NCBI RefSeq assembly: GCF_009914755.1
Contig: NC_060925.1
Reading direction: 5' to 3' (one strand)
From: the human T2T-CHM13v2.0 reference genome, Homo sapiens
DNA length: 64,000 bases
Position numbers and translations under genes: made by a program. Within the stretch, counting starts at the first letter, position 1. The number at the start of each line of letters is the position of its first letter. Below, piece by piece: positions 59,151-64,000 of the stretch. The notes under the pieces were generated by a model. It searched no databases. It worked only from the letters and a program-made list of their open reading frames with translations, and was not told the origin of the DNA.

Positions 59151-59825
59151 TGAGGGGATTCTCTATGTTTATATTAAAATTATCAAAATCTAAGACAGAT
59201 TAGAATGAGAACGTAAAAATAAATCATGACCTAAAATAGTTCAGAAATGATAAGCAATAACTCAACATCGGTGGACTACAAAATTAATGACAAACTGAGG
59301 AAATGCAGATAGCAGATCCAGGACGATAAACAGAATGACGTGGTTGGCATACGCAATTGGAAATTCTTTTGTACATGGGGGTTGAGTAGTAATGGCTCTA
59401 ACATGCAAGAGATTAAGAAATATGTGACAGAATAAAACGTTCTCACAAGTTTATAGTACATTGTGACTCAAATTATTCCAAAGTAATAATCTAGGATGTT
59501 TTAGTCTCAGTAAAAATTTTGTCATGAGGGAAACTATTTAAAAGGGCATAGTTGGATGGCTTGAAAATAATGAGCATGTAGCTGGGTGGGTTTGGTGGGG
59601 AATGGCAAGGCAGTATAGATAGGGCAAATGGTAAGTTCTCATAACAACACAGGTTGTGTTGCATGCAGTCTAGAGTTAAGAAAAATAACAGAGTTAGCGT
59701 TATGACTTCACATGCATAATGGCAGCGGTGAAAGAGAGACCATATGCTGACTGAGTGTCCACTAGAAGCCATTCAATTCTTACAATAATGTTGAAAGTTA
59801 GACTTTATTTTTTTTTATTTTCTTA

Positions 59826-60322
59826 TGTATTAGTCAGAGTTCTCTAGAGAGACAAAACCAATGAGAGAGAGAGAGAGACAGACAGAGAGAGAGAGAGGTG
59901 GAAGGGGAGAGGATTTATAGGATAATTGGCTCATGAGATTATGGAGGCTCAGCCTCAATCTGAAAGCTTCAGAACCAGGGAAGTCAATGGTTTAATATTC
60001 AATTTGAGACCAAAGGTTTGAGAACCTGGGGAGTATCTGGAAAAAGTCCCAGAGTCCACAGGCCAGATAGACTAGAATTTGATGTCCAGAGACAAGAAGA
60101 GAATTCAAGTTCCAGGAGAAAGAAAGAAAATCAATTGTCTGCCTTTTCTGTTGTATCCAGCTCCCAGACGATTGGACAGTGCCTAACAACACTGAGGTTT
60201 TCTGCAGCCAGTCCACTGACTCACACACCAATTTCTTCTGGAAACACCCAGAAGTAATGCTTTACCATTTTTCTATGTATTCTCTAATGTAGTCAAGTTG
60301 ACATTTAAAATTAACCATAACA
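59826..60322 (-). mobile_element. solo MLT2 (ERVL) LTR
   Basis: TGTATTAGTCAGAGTTCTCTAGAGA..(GA)n..AGTCAAGTTGACA..AATTAACCATAACA; 5-bp TSD TCTTA/CCTTA. Confidence 0.9.
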
Positions 60323-63300
60323 CCTTATAACAAAGAAAAGTAGACCCACAGTATCTGAAAAGAGCAAGTTCTAAAGATATTTTTATTTTAGATTATTTGT
60401 TTAATTTTTGTTTATTTGATGGAAACTATTTTAAACCATATATTTGAATGGGATAAGAAAAAGTGGGAGTGTATGTAGCATGGGCCTGGGGAGACAGTGC
60501 CTCATACAATGGAGCTATGGAAATAAATGCTAGTAAGATAAGATCATCTTTCATTTAATATGGTGGCAACATTTGGTAGGTATTGTAACATTTTTGTTTA
60601 AGTTAAAATTTGGAATAGAATGCTATTACCAAGTTTTGGCCTATTATGTTATAATATTAGCCATATCAATAGATATTTAGAATAAATGCATTCAGTTTTT
60701 CCCTCTATATTTTCCTTCCTTACAGAAATTTATTTTCTGCCCAAAGTCCATTTTCACTAATCTTCATTAAATCTTAACAGAATGAATTAAATCGCTACAT
60801 AAAACATGCAAAGATCCAGTTGAGATACCCAATCTGAGTAAAACAGAACAACTTCAAGCCCTCCATTATTCACAAAAATCTCAACAGAACGATGCTATGT
60901 AATTTTCAGAAATTCCATAAGTGGTACAGTTTGGAATACCTTAAAATACATACAAAAGGTGTTAATATTGAGTTTTACTCCATTTTTGTTAATAACCTGT
61001 GAGTTTGAGTAAATGGCGTAATTATTCTAGGCCTTGACTTCTTTACTTGTATCATAAAGAAAACTATTTTAAACTTAAAGCCCTGTTAAGTGCTAACATA
61101 TGGAATATAGGCACTAATATTATTTTAAAGAGAAGCCCAAGAGAAAATTATTTTTTCCTACACAATTCCTACTAATTGACATGTTGAATGAAACTCAACA
61201 GAATGTTTCAGTTTTTACCAATAGTTTGTGTACCATTTCATATTTATAAAAACATAGTCTTCCTTCTAGGCAATTAGAGAACTCCCTTCTTCTCCAAATC
61301 TAATAACAAAATGAATTTTAAAAAGAATTCATTTAGTTGGTAAGAACATAAAGATTTAAAGTAACATTTTATTCTTAAGGATCAAAGGAATAAGAGAAAG
61401 TCCAATCACTGATGTGTTGTTTTATCAGCTTAACAGGGAAGGCAAATAAACCATAACAATAATATTTAAGATTTCCATAAAGTTTTAAATTGTGTGGCAC
61501 AGACAGCTAGCTACTGTTTATTTAATAATGCATATTGATTTATAAGTCTGTACACATAGAGAAAGCTAAAGCATTTAAATAATCAAGGAATAAAAACAAA
61601 CAATAAGTATGAATTTCCAGATGTGAAAATTGCTTGATGAATGCTCCCCTAAGGGCTTACGTAATACCTTTAATTTTTTTCCATATAACACTGCCTTTAC
61701 TGCTTCTAGTTTCAAACTCAGAGAATTTCTATAAGAATCCTATTATGAAGTGAAATAGCTGCTCATGATTGAGCATATTTTCTAGTTTGCTTTAGACAAT
61801 TTATATCACTTGAGATGCAAGATTTGTTTTATTTAAAGAGGGTTTCGAACTTTTATCTGAAGAGTTGAATCATTATTTTTGCTCCATCGAGGCATTCATC
61901 TCTAAAATGGTAAACTGGTAAATACTGTGCATCTGAGACATCAAGCTGAAAAGCTTGTCAACAGAAACAAGACTTTCAACTCTCAAACTGTTCCAGTTCA
62001 CTGACTGAATCCATGGACTAAGAAAAATCTGAGCATAGGTCACAGAAAAATACTGCTGTCATTTTTATAGTAAGTTCCACCACTGTGCTTACTCAATAGT
62101 AATGTCTAGAATACATGGCCAGAGATGATTGCATATAAAGCGCGTGTTGAAGAAAATGAGAGGTTTTGTTTAACTGAGAGTATATTAGGTATGTGCCAAT
62201 CTATCTGTTGGTACAAATGAAATAATTTATATGTAGTAAGTGATCTCCTAACTATCTCAGAAAATGCGAGTTTTCAGAATAGCAGCAGAAATGTAAGTAC
62301 AATATGATCACAGGTGTCACAGAGAAATTGAAAAGTAATCTTTTATAGTGCATCATAATGTTTATAAGTAACTCCGCAAGAAAGTGGAAAATCTCAAATC
62401 ATCTAAATGCACATTTATCATAACTATTATGAAGGAGACATTTTGCTTTGCTTTATGTTTTCCTTAGTCTTGTGTGACATAATCATATCTTCTCCAAAGT
62501 AATAAATATAAGTACTTTGTGTTAGGTACATTTTAAAAGGGCTTATTGGCTTAAGAGCATTTCCCTTCTCTACTATAATTGTCACAGTTTTGAAGAGTTT
62601 AAGTTAGAGGTGATCACACTGGATTTCATATCTTGCAGTGACTTAATCCATACAGCCTCAGAAATTCAATTTATGAAATCTTTTCATTAAAAAAAGTACC
62701 TGCACTATTTGCAAGCACCATAATTTGGGTACATCACTTAAACTTTCAGTCTTGCTTTAAAAAAAATCTATACAATGTGGACAGACATATCTATTGTGAT
62801 AACTTTATTGTTTTAGGTAAAAAATGTCAAAGAAAATTCTTATAAATAATTGAATGTAGGATGTAAGAATATATAATGTAGGATGTGAGGCTATAACATG
62901 TTACTCATTTATTTCCAGGTTGATTGAAATAATTTACCTGGCTATGGAGTATCTTTTACTATTTCATAGCCATCCCTCCCAGTTCTGCTCAAAAAAAGCA
63001 ACTTAAAAATGTAGAAAAACTACTTTTCAGTAAAGAGAAGGTAAATATTATTTACCAACACATAGAAATAAAATTGCAGACAAAATATTAATATATAGGA
63101 CATATCTGTATTATTAACACAACATCCACATCATTAATTCCAAAGATTAAAACAAGCTTTGAGATACCTAGAAATATTATTTAAATTTCATCAATAATGT
63201 ACGTATCTATTTTTTTACAAGATTCTCTATGGGAGAGCAAAGAAGGGGTACTATGCTACACATGTTATATATAAGAAAACGTACTTATGAGAAAATATTA

Positions 63301-63554
63301 TACAGGCAAGTTTCAGCTCTAAAATAATACAGGAATATTTGCTATTTTTGCCCTTTAAGAAAGACTGAGCATAATATTGATGTAATTAGAATATTTCAAT
63401 TTTTAAGATATGTGCCCCTGTGTAGCCTATAGTCCTTGAAGTCAAATGCCATAAAATTGTACTTCATCTTTTTTTTTTTTAGAGTTAAAAGAATGCTTGA
63501 GTACTTTATTAGCTTTCACTAAACAGGCACATATTCATAAAAAATTACATACAG

Positions 63555-64000
63555 TTTTTCTTTAATTATAATTCAAGTTCTGGGATACATGTGCAGAACG
63601 TGCAGGTTTGTTACATAGATATACAGGTGTCATGGTGGTTGGCTGCACTCATCAACCCTTCAGCCACATTAAGTACTTCTCCTAATGCTATCCCTCCCCC
63701 ACCCCCCACCTCCTCACAGGCCCTGGTGCGTGATGTTCCCCTCCCTGTGTCCATGTGTTCTCATTGTTCAACTCCCACTTATGAGTGAGAACATCTGGTG
63801 TTTGGTTTTCTGTTCATGTGTTAGTTTGCTGAGAATGATAGTTTCCAGCTACACCCATGTTCCTGCAAAGGACATGAACTCATGCTTTTTTGTGGCTGCA
63901 ACTTATTTCATGGTGCATATATGCCACATTTTCTTTATCCAGTCTAACATTGATGGGCAGTTGGGTTAGTTCCAAGTCTTTGCTATTGCGAATAGTGCCA
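63555..64000 (-). mobile_element. L1PA7/8 3' end, runs off window
   Basis: TTCTGGGATACATGTGCAGAACGTGCAGG..TCTCCTAATGCTATCCCTCCCC. Confidence 0.95.

Noticed and set aside
61309-61334. AT-rich inverted repeat AAATGAATT/AATTCATTT (also the palindrome at ~30485)
   Set aside because: Expected by chance at this AT content

Overview
Eukaryotic, primate (probably human/ape) genomic DNA. It is AT-rich and repeat-dense, and I can support no protein-coding exon, RNA gene or CRISPR array. Roughly half the window is recognisable interspersed repeat: L1 of many ages (L1M/L1MA/L1PB to L1PA3), about ten Alus, L2, MIR, MaLR/ERVL LTRs, a solo LTR12, and DNA transposons (MER3, Tigger3, half a MADE1). The longer ORFs in the track are L1 ORF2, Alu or LTR12 fragments. 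The main structure is a ~10-kb nested stack at 31-41 kb: an L2 is split by LTR12 and by an AluJ; the AluJ is split by a near-full-length L1PA10-like element; that L1 hosts an AluS and a twin-primed young L1. A second twin-primed L1 with a layered tail lies at 45.7-47.7 kb. Several short hairpin-plus-duplication scars suggest templated repair. I did not find a convincing novel biological system. Subfamily names come from recalled consensus sequences and need RepeatMasker/Dfam confirmation; boundaries of old repeats are approximate.
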